DNA from: an uncultured cyanobacterium
Lineage (GTDB): Bacteria > Cyanobacteriota > Cyanobacteriia > CAKZMO01
Length of the DNA stretch: 64,000 nucleotides
NCBI GenBank assembly: GCA_963719515.1
Contig: CAVRCJ010000006.1
Coordinates: forward strand, 256,001-320,000
Direction: 5' to 3'
Positions 1-9,493 of the stretch are shown here, in pieces. The notes beneath the pieces are model-generated. The model was not told the DNA's origin and searched no databases. It saw nothing but the letters and a program-made list of their open reading frames with translations. Position 1 is the stretch's first letter, and the number at the start of each line of letters is the position of its first letter. Position numbers and translations under genes: made by a program.

Positions 1-2
1 CC

Positions 3-644
3 CTGGTGCTGCTTTTAGAGAAGGGGCTGCAGTGGGCGCAGCGGCGACGGGCTTCAAGACAAGGACTGGCGGCGTTTGGGGTGGTGGGGCTGGTGGGGCT
101 CTACTGCTTTGGCTACCCCCTGCTGCTGGACGAATACCCCAATCCCGACTACGTGACGGCCCAAAGCACGTCAATGTACGAGTTTTTGGCAAACCAGCCC
201 AAAGACACGCTAGTCGCCTCGCTGTCGGATCAGGCAAACAATATTCCGGCCCTCTCGAAGCGATCGGTGTTGTCAAGCTCGGAGACCGCCAACCCCTACC
301 ATCTGGGCTACTACCGGCAGATTCAAGCGCGGACAGAAGATTTGATGGCGGCGCAGTATAGCCTTGACCCAGATGTCATCCTAGGCTTTATTCAAACCTA
401 TGGTATCGACCTATGGCTGGTCGACGGATCAGCCTTTAAGCCAGACTACATTGCTCAGAATCCCTGGCTTCGGCAAATTCAGCCCACCGCAGATGAAGCG
501 ATGCAGCGGCTGAGCCAGGGACAGCAGCCCCTCATTGAAACGTTAATCCGCCCCTGCCGAACGTTTCGAGAGCAGGGGCGGATTGTTCTCGACGCTCAGT
601 GCATTGCCGATCGGCTCTCAGCTAAAAGACGATCTAACAAATAG
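3..644 (+). CDS. C-terminal part of a hypothetical membrane protein (possibly GT-C/polysaccharide-related), truncated by the window edge
   Basis: Frame is open to the left edge; a TM segment is followed by a soluble domain (IPALSKRSVL..E...PYHLGYY..YGID). Confidence 0.6.
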   Translation: MVLLLEKGLQWAQRRRASRQGLAAFGVVGLVGLYCFGYPLLLDEYPNPDYVTAQSTSMYEFLANQPKDTLVASLSDQANNIPALSKRSVLSSSETANPYHLGYYRQIQARTEDLMAAQYSLDPDVILGFIQTYGIDLWLVDGSAFKPDYIAQNPWLRQIQPTADEAMQRLSQGQQPLIETLIRPCRTFREQGRIVLDAQCIADRLSAKRRSNK

Positions 645-679
645 CCTGCTAGCCAGAGCACAGTTTTGCGTTCAAACGC

Positions 680-886
680 TTAAAGCCCTGGACCGAAGCC
701 TGCCCAAAGCTCTGCCTGGTGAGGCGTCACAATCACCTCGTCTTCCGTCTGCACTTCGGCAGGGGATGAAGACACCAAAGAAACTCGAGTGGCGGTATAG
801 CCCACCATAAAGGCAGTCAGGGCAGCAGCGAGGCCGAGCGCCACTGTCTGATCAGCTGAAGAGCGCGTAGCGTTGTTGTAGGTCAT
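680..886 (-). CDS. Small hypothetical single-TM protein (68 aa)
   Basis: ATG start, hydrophobic stretch VALGLAAALTAFMVGY, NtcA-like box upstream. Confidence 0.55.
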   Translation of the reverse strand: MTYNNATRSSADQTVALGLAAALTAFMVGYTATRVSLVSSSPAEVQTEDEVIVTPHQAELWAGFGPGL

Positions 887-933
887 CAGATACAGCCTTA
901 ATTAAGCAACCCAAGTATTATCCGGCTAATTCT

Positions 934-947
934 GTAACAACTGCTAC
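934..947. promoter_or_regulatory. Putative NtcA binding site
   Basis: GTAACAACTGCTAC = GTA-N8-TAC with the extended GTAnCA..TGnTAC symmetry, 47 nt upstream of ORF 680-886. Confidence 0.5.
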
Positions 948-1009
948 GTTTTAAGGTTTTAAACAGATTCTTGTTACGCTTTTATAACCCTCTACAGGTT
1001 TATAACCCT

Positions 1010-1144
1010 TTACAGAGCGTCCTGCTGAAGAGAGGGGATCGCCTGCTCCACCAAAGACAGCGGCAAGTCGGCGTAGTGAGAGACGACGCCGTGGCCGACG
1101 CCAGCGATCAGACCTAGAACAGCGGAGAGGACTATCGAGTTCAT
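1010..1144 (-). CDS. Small hydrophobic protein (44 aa), not in the ORF track: MNSIVLSAVLGLIAGVGHGVVSHYADLPLSLVEQAIPSLQQDAL
   Basis: Translated by hand; AAGGA 4 nt before the ATG; N-terminal hydrophobic helix with GxxxG; TAA stop at 1010-1012. Confidence 0.55.
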   Translation of the reverse strand: MNSIVLSAVLGLIAGVGHGVVSHYADLPLSLVEQAIPSLQQDAL

Positions 1145-1398
1145 AATGTCCTTTTAAAGAGTGAGCGGGACTCAAGCCTGCGTCACGGCGTCAGCAGGCT
1201 CCGCATTAGGGTCTCAGCTGTGGCCTGCCGGTTCTGTAGCTAGATTTACCAAAATCATGCTGTGGGAAAGACTCGCTGCTCAGTACAAGGCTTGTCACAA
1301 CAATCCTGCCGTTCAGTTTCAGGATGGGATGCACAATTACACTTCAAAGGCTAGAGCGGTGGTTCTATCAATAGGACCACCGCTCTGGGTCAAAGTTT

Positions 1399-1442
1399 GA
1401 CGGTAGAGGGGCGATCGCTTGCCCTATCGCCCCTCTACCGTC
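1399..1442. terminator. 17 bp perfect inverted repeat just downstream of the nuclease gene (terminator or REP-like)
   Basis: GACGGTAGAGGGGCGAT-10 nt-ATCGCCCCTCTACCGTC. Confidence 0.6.
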
Positions 1443-1450
1443 GTATAGGG

Positions 1451-4400
1451 TTAGGCAAAGACATCAGCCGTCGCCACAAGGGCGTCATTGAACTGTAGGA
1501 ACTCCACATTGCGGACGGTATCCGTACCGGACCCCGGACCTTGAATGGTGAAGTCATCCGCCGTACCGGCCAGAGTAAAGTCAGACTGGACACCCTCGTA
1601 TACGGCTGTATCCGGACCCCGACCGCCGTCAATGAGGTCATTGCCCTGACCACCAATCAGCTCATCTGGGCCATTGCCGCCAAAGAGGCTATCATTGCCC
1701 GCCAAGCCAGACAGGGTATCGCGGCCGTTACCGCCGTTGATCACATCGTTGCCAGACGTTCCTTCGAAGGTATCCTGCCCGTTGCCTAGGTCCACGTTCA
1801 CTCCTGGATTTGCGAGCGTAAACTGAGCTAAGAGAGGGTCGTGATCGCTGGCGCGGCTGTCACTTTCTGCGAATTCGGTATTAACGTGGACGATGTCGAG
1901 CACTGCGCCATCCTGGATGGCGTCGCTCACCAAGATATGATCCAGCTCTTGGGAGTTGCCCTGGAAGATAAAGCTATAGCGCTCGTCTTCAGGTAGGGTG
2001 TTCACCAGGTTGGTGAGGCCAGCACCCTCTAGACCGGTAACCGGCGAGATAAACTCAAACTCATTGAGGTCACCGAGCACGGCGATATTGGCGTCGCTGT
2101 CGCTTGTTAAGGTATTGGACACAAAATCCTGAACTGCCTCAGACTGCTCCCGGCGCTCGTCCAGACTGCCGTTCACCGTGACGTCCTCTTGGCGGTCAGT
2201 AAAGGGTTGCTCGACGCCGAGAATAGGCGCACTGCCGCCCTTTGAGGAGAAGTGATTATTGACCAAGGTGATCTCATCACCGTTGAACTCAAAGCTAGCC
2301 ACTAGCGGTAGGCGCGCCCCCTCGAATGCGCCCCCTGAACTTTGACTCCCGATGGTTTGAACCGAATCCTCTACCAAATCAACCCGGCTCGGATCGTAGA
2401 GGAAAGCGGTGCGAATGTTGCCGCCGGGCTGTCCGCCGCTTTGTCCGTCGGTAATAAACGTATTGTCGATGAACTCGTACTGGGGACCGCCCGCAGCGAC
2501 GATCGCATCAATCAGGGTTTGCAGGGTTTGGCTGGCGGATACGGTGCCGTCGTCAACTGAGCCGCTGTTGTCCTGAACCTCCTGGAGACCGATGACGTCA
2601 GGGGTATTGAGGTTATTGACAATGTCCTGAGCGATCGCGTCGAAACGACCGTTAGCGATATCGGTGTCGCCATCACCGTCGTTGGGATCCAGGTTGAGGA
2701 CGTTGTAGCTGGCTACCGTAATCTGGTCAGCAGAACCGTCTAAATTCGATGACTCAGGGGTGAGGGTGGAGGACTGCTGCACCGCAAAGGGAGCCGTGGG
2801 GTAGATTTCGAAGTTGCCGAAGCCGTAGCCAACCACGCCAGTGACGTCGCCGAGCTGGGCACCGACGTCCACCTGTGGGATGTCAAACCCAGGCAGGATG
2901 CCGGTGTCTTCGTCAATCTGGATTTTCTCGGGGTTGAAGTCGTTGGGGCTGATGTTCAACGTGCCGCGATCGCTGATGCCGGTGGCGTCAGCGCCCTGGT
3001 TTGCCACGGTGAAAATTTCACCAAAGCGGTTGGTGCCTGCGACAGCCACCACGTCTTCAGCGGTGACCAACATCCCTTCTAGAGACTCGAAGAAATCAAT
3101 GCCATCGGTGGTGGGCTCGAAGGCGCCAAAAGCGTCGTCGTCGATGGTTTCGCTGGGCGGAACTCGACCGCTTGAGCCGATGATAGTGGCAGTGGGCAGA
3201 GCGTTGCCGGTGGAAATGATGGTGACGGTGGGATTGCCGCTGATTTGCGTCGTGGACAGGTTACCGGTTGCCTCACCACCTGGGAAGAACTCAGACACAG
3301 TGCCTGCCACCTGGAGCTCATCCCCAAGGGCAACGTTGGGAGCACCGCCGGTGAAGACAAATAGAGCATCGGAAGTCGCAATGTCGCCATCGCCCACAGC
3401 GTCCTGCAGGTAGAAGCCATTGGTGTCGACCGCAGTGACGATGCCTTCGGTGGTCACCTGCTGCCCTTCAAGCGGTGAAGTGTGGGCCGCACCCTGAATT
3501 TCGTAGATAGGCGTAATCTCAGCGGGCTGCGGGGGCGCTTCGTTGGAGGTGCCAGGGGTGTCGGCGGAGAGGTCGTTAAAGGCGAGCGGCTGGAAGTCTC
3601 CTGTCCCATCGACCACACGGGCCGCCCCAGCAGGCGTGAAGCTGCCGTCGGGGCCAATGACGGTGTCGCTGTAGTTTTGGTCGGGGGTTGCGTCTCCATC
3701 AACCAGGGAAACCGAGTCGATGATGGTGCCGATGTTGCTATCGAGGGTGCCGTCGTTGTCGGCGTCGAGGTCGTCGCCTTGAGCCCCGGTGAAACCGTCG
3801 ACCAGCAAGAAGCTGGAGGGAGAGCCGAAGAAGTCGAAGCTGGCGATCAGGTCGTTGTCTTCGGTCTGAGCCTGGGGAATCGCCGTGGCGATATCAGCGT
3901 TAGCCACCAGGACAACCCCATCTTCGTCTAGGGTGACGCCGCTGAGGTCAAAGGCGAAATCCACCTGACCCGGCTCAAATTCACCGGAAAGCACCACCAA
4001 AGAGACCCCATCTAGGGAAGTCCCCTCAGCACCAAAGATTTCCACAAAGTTGCTGCTGTCGTCCGAGCCACCCTGAGACGAAATTCGCAGCTCGTTGATC
4101 ACGACATCTGGGGAATCGCCGCCGCCATTGCCGTTGCCATCACCACCGTCGCTCTCGATCAGAATATTGTCGATAGCGATATCCTCATCGCCGGAGTTAA
4201 GGCTGAAGGTAATGTCTAGGTCGAGGCTAGAGCCCGTGCCCGCGATCGCACTGGAGAAGGCGGCGAAGGTGCTCGTCAGTTCAGCGCCGTCGCCGTCACC
4301 GTCAAAGTCGGCGTCCTCGGCAGGCACCGCATTGAACGCATCGCCATCCGGGACGCTTTCAAACGCCAGCAGGTTCTGAAAACCGCCCCCATCAATCTGA

Positions 4401-4738
4401 TACTGGATGATAACGCTATCGCTCAGATCCCAATCTTCGCTGCCGTCGCTAGCATCGTCCTCAGCGAATAGGGCGCTGAAGCTGAGGTTAATCGCCCCAG
4501 CAATATCGATGTCTGAAAAAGAAAGGGTTTGAGTTGACGCTGCCCCTTCACCGTCAAGATCCTGGACCGCAAAGTAAAAGCTGCCGTCAGAGCTGAGCAC
4601 TTGGTAAGCCGAGCTAACATCTGAGCCGTCGGTGCGCAGAAAGAAATCGCCGCTGCCATCGGTGAACTCGGGAATTGAGGTCGTGTAGCGGGTACCGTTG
4701 CCGTCAGTTTCGAAGCTCTCGGAAAGAATAATCGCCAT
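1451..4738 (-). CDS. Extracellular nuclease, endonuclease/exonuclease/phosphatase family (NucH/ExeM-like), with lamin-tail-like and OB-fold domains and C-terminal RTX repeats
   Basis: IYEIQGAAHTSPL OB fold; SYNVLN, GLQEVQD, NNHFSSK, GDLN, LDHI and SDHDP EEP motifs; GGxGxDxL Ca-binding repeats. Confidence 0.9.
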   Translation of the reverse strand: MAIILSESFETDGNGTRYTTSIPEFTDGSGDFFLRTDGSDVSSAYQVLSSDGSFYFAVQDLDGEGAASTQTLSFSDIDIAGAINLSFSALFAEDDASDGSEDWDLSDSVIIQYQIDGGGFQNLLAFESVPDGDAFNAVPAEDADFDGDGDGAELTSTFAAFSSAIAGTGSSLDLDITFSLNSGDEDIAIDNILIESDGGDGNGNGGGDSPDVVINELRISSQGGSDDSSNFVEIFGAEGTSLDGVSLVVLSGEFEPGQVDFAFDLSGVTLDEDGVVLVANADIATAIPQAQTEDNDLIASFDFFGSPSSFLLVDGFTGAQGDDLDADNDGTLDSNIGTIIDSVSLVDGDATPDQNYSDTVIGPDGSFTPAGAARVVDGTGDFQPLAFNDLSADTPGTSNEAPPQPAEITPIYEIQGAAHTSPLEGQQVTTEGIVTAVDTNGFYLQDAVGDGDIATSDALFVFTGGAPNVALGDELQVAGTVSEFFPGGEATGNLSTTQISGNPTVTIISTGNALPTATIIGSSGRVPPSETIDDDAFGAFEPTTDGIDFFESLEGMLVTAEDVVAVAGTNRFGEIFTVANQGADATGISDRGTLNISPNDFNPEKIQIDEDTGILPGFDIPQVDVGAQLGDVTGVVGYGFGNFEIYPTAPFAVQQSSTLTPESSNLDGSADQITVASYNVLNLDPNDGDGDTDIANGRFDAIAQDIVNNLNTPDVIGLQEVQDNSGSVDDGTVSASQTLQTLIDAIVAAGGPQYEFIDNTFITDGQSGGQPGGNIRTAFLYDPSRVDLVEDSVQTIGSQSSGGAFEGARLPLVASFEFNGDEITLVNNHFSSKGGSAPILGVEQPFTDRQEDVTVNGSLDERREQSEAVQDFVSNTLTSDSDANIAVLGDLNEFEFISPVTGLEGAGLTNLVNTLPEDERYSFIFQGNSQELDHILVSDAIQDGAVLDIVHVNTEFAESDSRASDHDPLLAQFTLANPGVNVDLGNGQDTFEGTSGNDVINGGNGRDTLSGLAGNDSLFGGNGPDELIGGQGNDLIDGGRGPDTAVYEGVQSDFTLAGTADDFTIQGPGSGTDTVRNVEFLQFNDALVATADVFA

Positions 4739-5048
4739 CTTTTGAAGAATATCTCCAGGGTTATAGATCCATTACATTGCCGCTGACGGCCAGATATCGC
4801 CGACCAACCGGGTCGCGCACCGACAATCAGCCTCCAGAAATCACGGTCTTCTAACGTAGTCCAAACAAAATGAGTCGCCCAAGTCGAGATAGGCGATCGC
4901 ACAGCCCTCCCAGCAGAGTTGACCCTGGCTCATTGGCTAGAGCCGCGTCCCTCAACAATCCTGCACAAATGAGTAAGAATACTGAACCTATGTGGTCTTC
5001 TACACATAAAAACCTGTGGACAAACTTAGTTCACAGTGAACAATACTG

Positions 5049-5078
5049 AAGTAAAGGCTTGTTTAAGACTGGTTTAAC
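5049..5078 (-). promoter_or_regulatory. Putative Pho box (SphR/PhoB site) upstream of the nuclease
   Basis: Minus strand reads GTTAAACC-agt-CTTAAACA-agc-CTTTACTT: three 8-mers at 11 bp period resembling PyTTAAPyPy(T/A). Confidence 0.55.
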
Positions 5079-5514
5079 CCTGTCAAACTTCATCAAGCCT
5101 TATTCTTCGTTTGCACAAACCTTTTCTGGACTTATTCTGATCTCCACCCCCTGATAGAGGATGCATGGGCCAAAGCGGGTAAAGTCGCTGTCGCCAACTT
5201 TGGACTGAAGACGTTCCTCACCTTGTGCGATGGCACAAAGGTCAAACCTCCTGAGTTCCTGGACTCGAGGCTCAAGGAGGTGCGCCGCGCTAGCCGCAGC
5301 CTACTATGGGTATATACTGGAGCGGCTATGCCTCAAGCAGCGTGAATAGGATGGCCCTAGCTGCTCTGGCCATCACGAGCGGAACCCCAACGATGTAGAG
5401 AGCGCTGAATGGGTTGGGGGATCAACCTGTGGGCTAGGTGGTGTAAGACGGGCTCAGGGCGTTCTCAATGCAAAATCCGCACAATCTCGATACGACCTCT
5501 GCAAACCGCGCGAC

Positions 5515-6090
5515 ATGAATACTCCGGCTCACATTGTTCTAAATTTGCTGTGCATTGGTCGCCAAGACAGCACTTCGGTCTTGATTCCCGTGGCTATTGG
5601 CGGGCTCCTCCCCGATTTGCCGATGTTCCTGTTCTACGGCATCGAGAAACTTAAAGGCACCCCGGAGCGGGTCATTTGGCGGCAGGCCTATTATGAGCCA
5701 GGGTGGCAGAATTTCATTGACCTGTTCAACTCGATTCCCCTACTGCTGGTAGGTTTAGGGCTGGCGTTTTGGCTGGGGTCGCGCTCTAGCGTGCTGCTGT
5801 TTGTCAGCATGCTGCTTCATATTGCGGGGGATTTGCCCCTGCACCACGACGACGGACACCGCCACCTGTTTCCGCTGTCAGACTGGCGGTTTGAGAGTCC
5901 TGTGTCCTACTGGGACCCTAACCACTACGGCAATATTGTCACCGTTGTAGAGGTCTTGGCGGTGATTGCGGGCTGCGCCCTGCTGCTCACCTGCTATCAC
6001 TCCTGGGCCGGCCGCATTGGGGTGGGGATTGTTGGGGCGCTTTATGTGGCCTACTTTGCTTATGTATTCACGGTATGGACCCAGATTTGA
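5515..6090 (+). CDS. Membrane-bound metal-dependent hydrolase-like protein (YdjM/DUF457-like)
   Basis: N-terminal H, G..LPD, H...D..H motifs, FPLSDW; several TM segments. Confidence 0.6.
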   Translation: MNTPAHIVLNLLCIGRQDSTSVLIPVAIGGLLPDLPMFLFYGIEKLKGTPERVIWRQAYYEPGWQNFIDLFNSIPLLLVGLGLAFWLGSRSSVLLFVSMLLHIAGDLPLHHDDGHRHLFPLSDWRFESPVSYWDPNHYGNIVTVVEVLAVIAGCALLLTCYHSWAGRIGVGIVGALYVAYFAYVFTVWTQI

Positions 6091-6093
6091 GCA

Positions 6094-6900
6094 ATGAGCC
6101 AGCAGGAGTTTGCGCGCCTGTGGGAACCGGTGCCGGACGTCGAGCTTTTTGAAGCGCGGCTCTACCGGCATCGGTTCGGAAAACATTTTCACGCGGCCTA
6201 CACTATTGGCCTGAACGAGGCGGGTCAGGGGCGCTGTCAGCATGGCCGGAGCTATCGAAGCCACTACCCCGGCGGCTTTAACCTGCTCAACCCAGGAGAT
6301 CTGCATACCGGGCAGGTCGCCTCCCCTGAAGGCTGGGCGTTCCGCAACCTCTATATCGGGTTACCAATGCTGGAGCGGGTGCTGGCCCAGATGGAGTGGC
6401 GCGGGTCAATTCCCTGCTTCGGTGACCCTGTGGTTCGAGATTCTAGTCTGCGATCGCTGTTCTACCAGCTTTTCCGCGCCTTGGATAGCGGTCCACGGCT
6501 GGCGCAGCAGTCCCTGCTCCTAGAGTTTTTGTCGCGGCTGTTTCACCGCTACGCCGTCCCCTGTCCTTTAGAGCCGCCCAAACCAGAGTCAAAAGCCGTT
6601 GCCACCGCCCGCGCCTATCTTGAAGCCCACTACGCGGACGACGTATCTATCGACGAGCTGGCCCGTCTGGTCCACCTGAGCCCGCACTACCTGATTCGCA
6701 GCTTCCATCGACAGGTGGGCTGTCCGCCCCATCAGTACCAGCAGCACTGGCAGCTCCAGCAGGTGAAGCGATCGCTCCACAGCCCTACTTCCCTAGCTGC
6801 TCTAGCTGCAGAGCATGGGTTTTATGACCAAAGCCACCTAAGCCGCGCCTTTAAGCGCACCTTTGGCGTGACGCCCGGCCAGTATCAGCGCCAGCATTGA
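6094..6900 (+). CDS. AraC-family transcriptional regulator
   Basis: HFH cupin ligand domain; C-terminal GFYDQSHLSRAFKRTFGVTPGQY HTH signature. Confidence 0.95.
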   Translation: MSQQEFARLWEPVPDVELFEARLYRHRFGKHFHAAYTIGLNEAGQGRCQHGRSYRSHYPGGFNLLNPGDLHTGQVASPEGWAFRNLYIGLPMLERVLAQMEWRGSIPCFGDPVVRDSSLRSLFYQLFRALDSGPRLAQQSLLLEFLSRLFHRYAVPCPLEPPKPESKAVATARAYLEAHYADDVSIDELARLVHLSPHYLIRSFHRQVGCPPHQYQQHWQLQQVKRSLHSPTSLAALAAEHGFYDQSHLSRAFKRTFGVTPGQYQRQH

Positions 6901-7013
6901 CGCCAGCCCTTTTCGTTGTGACAAAGGGCTAACTCAATCGCAATAGGGCAATTCTGTCCAATATTTCGCTGGGCGATCGCCTCTAGGGTGAGAACCAGTG
7001 TTCAGGGTCCGCC

Positions 7014-8174
7014 ATGGGTATTCTCAAAGACATTTCCATTTCTGCGATCGTCACCGGCTTCATCACGGTGCTGGTGGGATACACCAGCGCTGGCGTCATT
7101 GTGTTTCAGGCGGCGCAGTCTCTAGGCGCGTCCCCCGCCGAAATTGGCTCTTGGTTTTGGGCATTGGGGTGGGGGATGGGCTTGACGAGTCTGGTGCTCT
7201 CCCTTCGGTACCGGGTTCCTATCATCACGGCCTGGTCGACTCCCGGTGCGGCCCTGATCGCCACCGGGGCAGGCGCGAGCTTAGAGGAAGCCACAGGGGC
7301 TTTTTTAATCTGCGCTGCCCTAATTACCCTCTTCGGCTTCACTGGCTGGTTTGAACGACTGATGAACCGAGTGCCCCTTTCCCTAGCGGCGGCAATGCTA
7401 GCGGGGGTGCTGCTGCAGTTCGGCCTCAATATATTTGTGGCGATGCAAACGCAGCTGCTTTTGGCGATCGCCATGTTTTGCGCCTATATCGTCCTGCGCC
7501 GGATGACTCCTCGCTACGCCGTAGTAGGGGCGCTGGCTATAGGCATCTTGATTGCCGGAGTTCAAGGGACTTTAGCCTTAGAGGTCATCAACTGGCAGTG
7601 GGCGACCCCCATCTTTACCAGACCGACCTTTTCCGGAAGCGCCCTGATCGGCATCGCCCTGCCGCTGTTTCTGGTGACCATGGCCTCCCAGAATGTTCCC
7701 GGGGTCGCCACAATTCGAGCGTTTGAGTATCGGGTGCCGACTTCGCCACTGATTGGCTGGACGGGGACAGCAACGCTGATACTCGCGCCCTTTGGAGCCT
7801 TTGCAGTCAACCTCGCCGCAATTACAGCCGCCATTTCTATGGGGCGAGAGGCTCACGAAGATCCTGAGAAGCGCTACATTGCCGGCGTCGCCGTGGGACT
7901 ACTTAACATCGTGATTGGGCTGCTCGGCGCGACGGTGAGCTCCCTGTTCGCGGCGCTGCCGCAGGAGCTGGTGCTGGTAATTGCCGGACTGGCTCTTCTA
8001 GGGACGATTGGCAATGGCTTAATGACGGCCCTGGCCCAGAAAGAAGAGAGGGAGGCGGCGCTAGTAACGTTTTTGGTGACGGCTTCAGGAATGACGCTGT
8101 TTGGCATTGGGTCTGCGTTTTGGGGGCTACTTCTCGGCGTCCTGACCCGGATACTCTCTCAGATTAACCGCTGA
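7014..8174 (+). CDS. benE: Benzoate/H+ symporter BenE family transporter
   Basis: AWSTPGAAL, TMASQNVPG, NLAAITAA and GIGSAFWGL motifs; polytopic. Confidence 0.88.
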   Translation: MGILKDISISAIVTGFITVLVGYTSAGVIVFQAAQSLGASPAEIGSWFWALGWGMGLTSLVLSLRYRVPIITAWSTPGAALIATGAGASLEEATGAFLICAALITLFGFTGWFERLMNRVPLSLAAAMLAGVLLQFGLNIFVAMQTQLLLAIAMFCAYIVLRRMTPRYAVVGALAIGILIAGVQGTLALEVINWQWATPIFTRPTFSGSALIGIALPLFLVTMASQNVPGVATIRAFEYRVPTSPLIGWTGTATLILAPFGAFAVNLAAITAAISMGREAHEDPEKRYIAGVAVGLLNIVIGLLGATVSSLFAALPQELVLVIAGLALLGTIGNGLMTALAQKEEREAALVTFLVTASGMTLFGIGSAFWGLLLGVLTRILSQINR

Positions 8175-8191
8175 ATTTTGCGATTCTCTTG

Positions 8192-9493
8192 CTAAAGCCT
8201 AAAGGCCTGTTTCGCACTGGCTAGCTTCAGACTGCGATCGGCCAGCCCGTTGACGCCGCCGTTGATCACCCGCGTTACTGCGACCACGTTATCCGCATCG
8301 GCAAGGGCATTTAGCCCTCTAGAATTCCAGAACCAGCCCGCGCTCCTAGCCGCTAGCTCGTCTTCGGCAAGCCGTCTCGGCTGCACCACCAGCTGATTGC
8401 CAAGCCCCAGTCCGGCGCTGCAGGCGGTGTAGTTGGAGCGTCCCGTAATCTGAATCAAACCCCGCCCCTTAAAGCGAGGTCCATCCCCCGGCACCACATT
8501 GCCCAAATCTAGGCGACCCTCGTACTGGGTACCGTCGGACAGCTCTTCTACAAACCGAAACTCTCCAGACTCGTGGGCCAGCTGCGCGAGAAAATGGGCC
8601 TGCTGTAGAGGGCGACTGATGCCAAACTCGGCCATGGTGACGTTGAGCGGTGCCACGAACCGGCGCAGCTGCGATCGCGAGGCGTTGGGGGCAATTTGCC
8701 GCAGCTGCCCTTCGGTCACTTGGGCTAATCGGGGAAACAGCCCCGCATAGGGCAAGCGGCCAAACGGGCGCGCCGGGAGCTTGACTACGCCGGTGCGAGT
8801 GGCAATGGTGCGGATGGCGTTGTCTACGACAGCGTCTTGAGAGGCCAAGCGATCGCCCCTGATCTGTTCCACAAAAATTTTGAGGGAATTTGCAGCCCGC
8901 ATACGCAGCTGAGGGAAGGGCAGCGTGCGCGGCACGACAAACAGGCCCATATAGGGTGTCCGTCCCCGGGGGCGAGGGGGCTGACCGGCCAGGGCCCGCA
9001 GCAAGCTATCGGCTTCCGCATCGGCGGAAGTAGGCACAGCGTCTGGAATGCGGTCGACTAGCTGCTCTAGCCGCTGGGCCGCGAGCTTGCGCCAGACCAT
9101 TAGCTGCACGGCGCTAATACGGGCCGTAGTGTAGCCAAAGATGCCCTCATAAGGGTAGACCCCGGTGGGGCGCGCCAGCGGAAATCCTCGCAGCGCACGA
9201 ATCAGTTCATCAGCCTCTTGGTCGGCGGGCAATAGTCCGCTGTCATCGAGGTGCTCCAGAAAAATTCTCACGCCGCCTCCAGCACGCTGCCGCAAGTCTG
9301 GCAGGGAGCGATCGCCAAAAATCCCGACATAGGGCGGGCTTCCCGCTGGTCGAGGAGACTGGTTTGTAAGTAGTCTCAGCAGGTCATCGACCTGATCGTC
9401 CTGCGGGGACGCTGCTGCCCCAGAGATAGCTGGAATGAACATTCCCAGCGCTCGTGCTGCGAGAGTGCGCCACACATCAAGTTGACTATCCAT
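8192..9493 (-). CDS. Glycoside hydrolase family 19 (lysozyme/chitinase-like) protein with N-terminal ~60 aa repeats
   Basis: HFLAQLAHESG, YEGRLDLGN..PGDG.RFKGRGLIQITGRSNY, SAGWFW, INGG.NGL.DR; start placed at ATG 9493 after GGAGAGG. Confidence 0.9.
   Translation of the reverse strand: MDSQLDVWRTLAARALGMFIPAISGAAASPQDDQVDDLLRLLTNQSPRPAGSPPYVGIFGDRSLPDLRQRAGGGVRIFLEHLDDSGLLPADQEADELIRALRGFPLARPTGVYPYEGIFGYTTARISAVQLMVWRKLAAQRLEQLVDRIPDAVPTSADAEADSLLRALAGQPPRPRGRTPYMGLFVVPRTLPFPQLRMRAANSLKIFVEQIRGDRLASQDAVVDNAIRTIATRTGVVKLPARPFGRLPYAGLFPRLAQVTEGQLRQIAPNASRSQLRRFVAPLNVTMAEFGISRPLQQAHFLAQLAHESGEFRFVEELSDGTQYEGRLDLGNVVPGDGPRFKGRGLIQITGRSNYTACSAGLGLGNQLVVQPRRLAEDELAARSAGWFWNSRGLNALADADNVVAVTRVINGGVNGLADRSLKLASAKQAFRL

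Noticed and set aside
8192..9493. Prophage lysis cassette
   Set aside because: No holin, integrase or structural genes nearby; HIP1 sites inside the gene suggest long residence.
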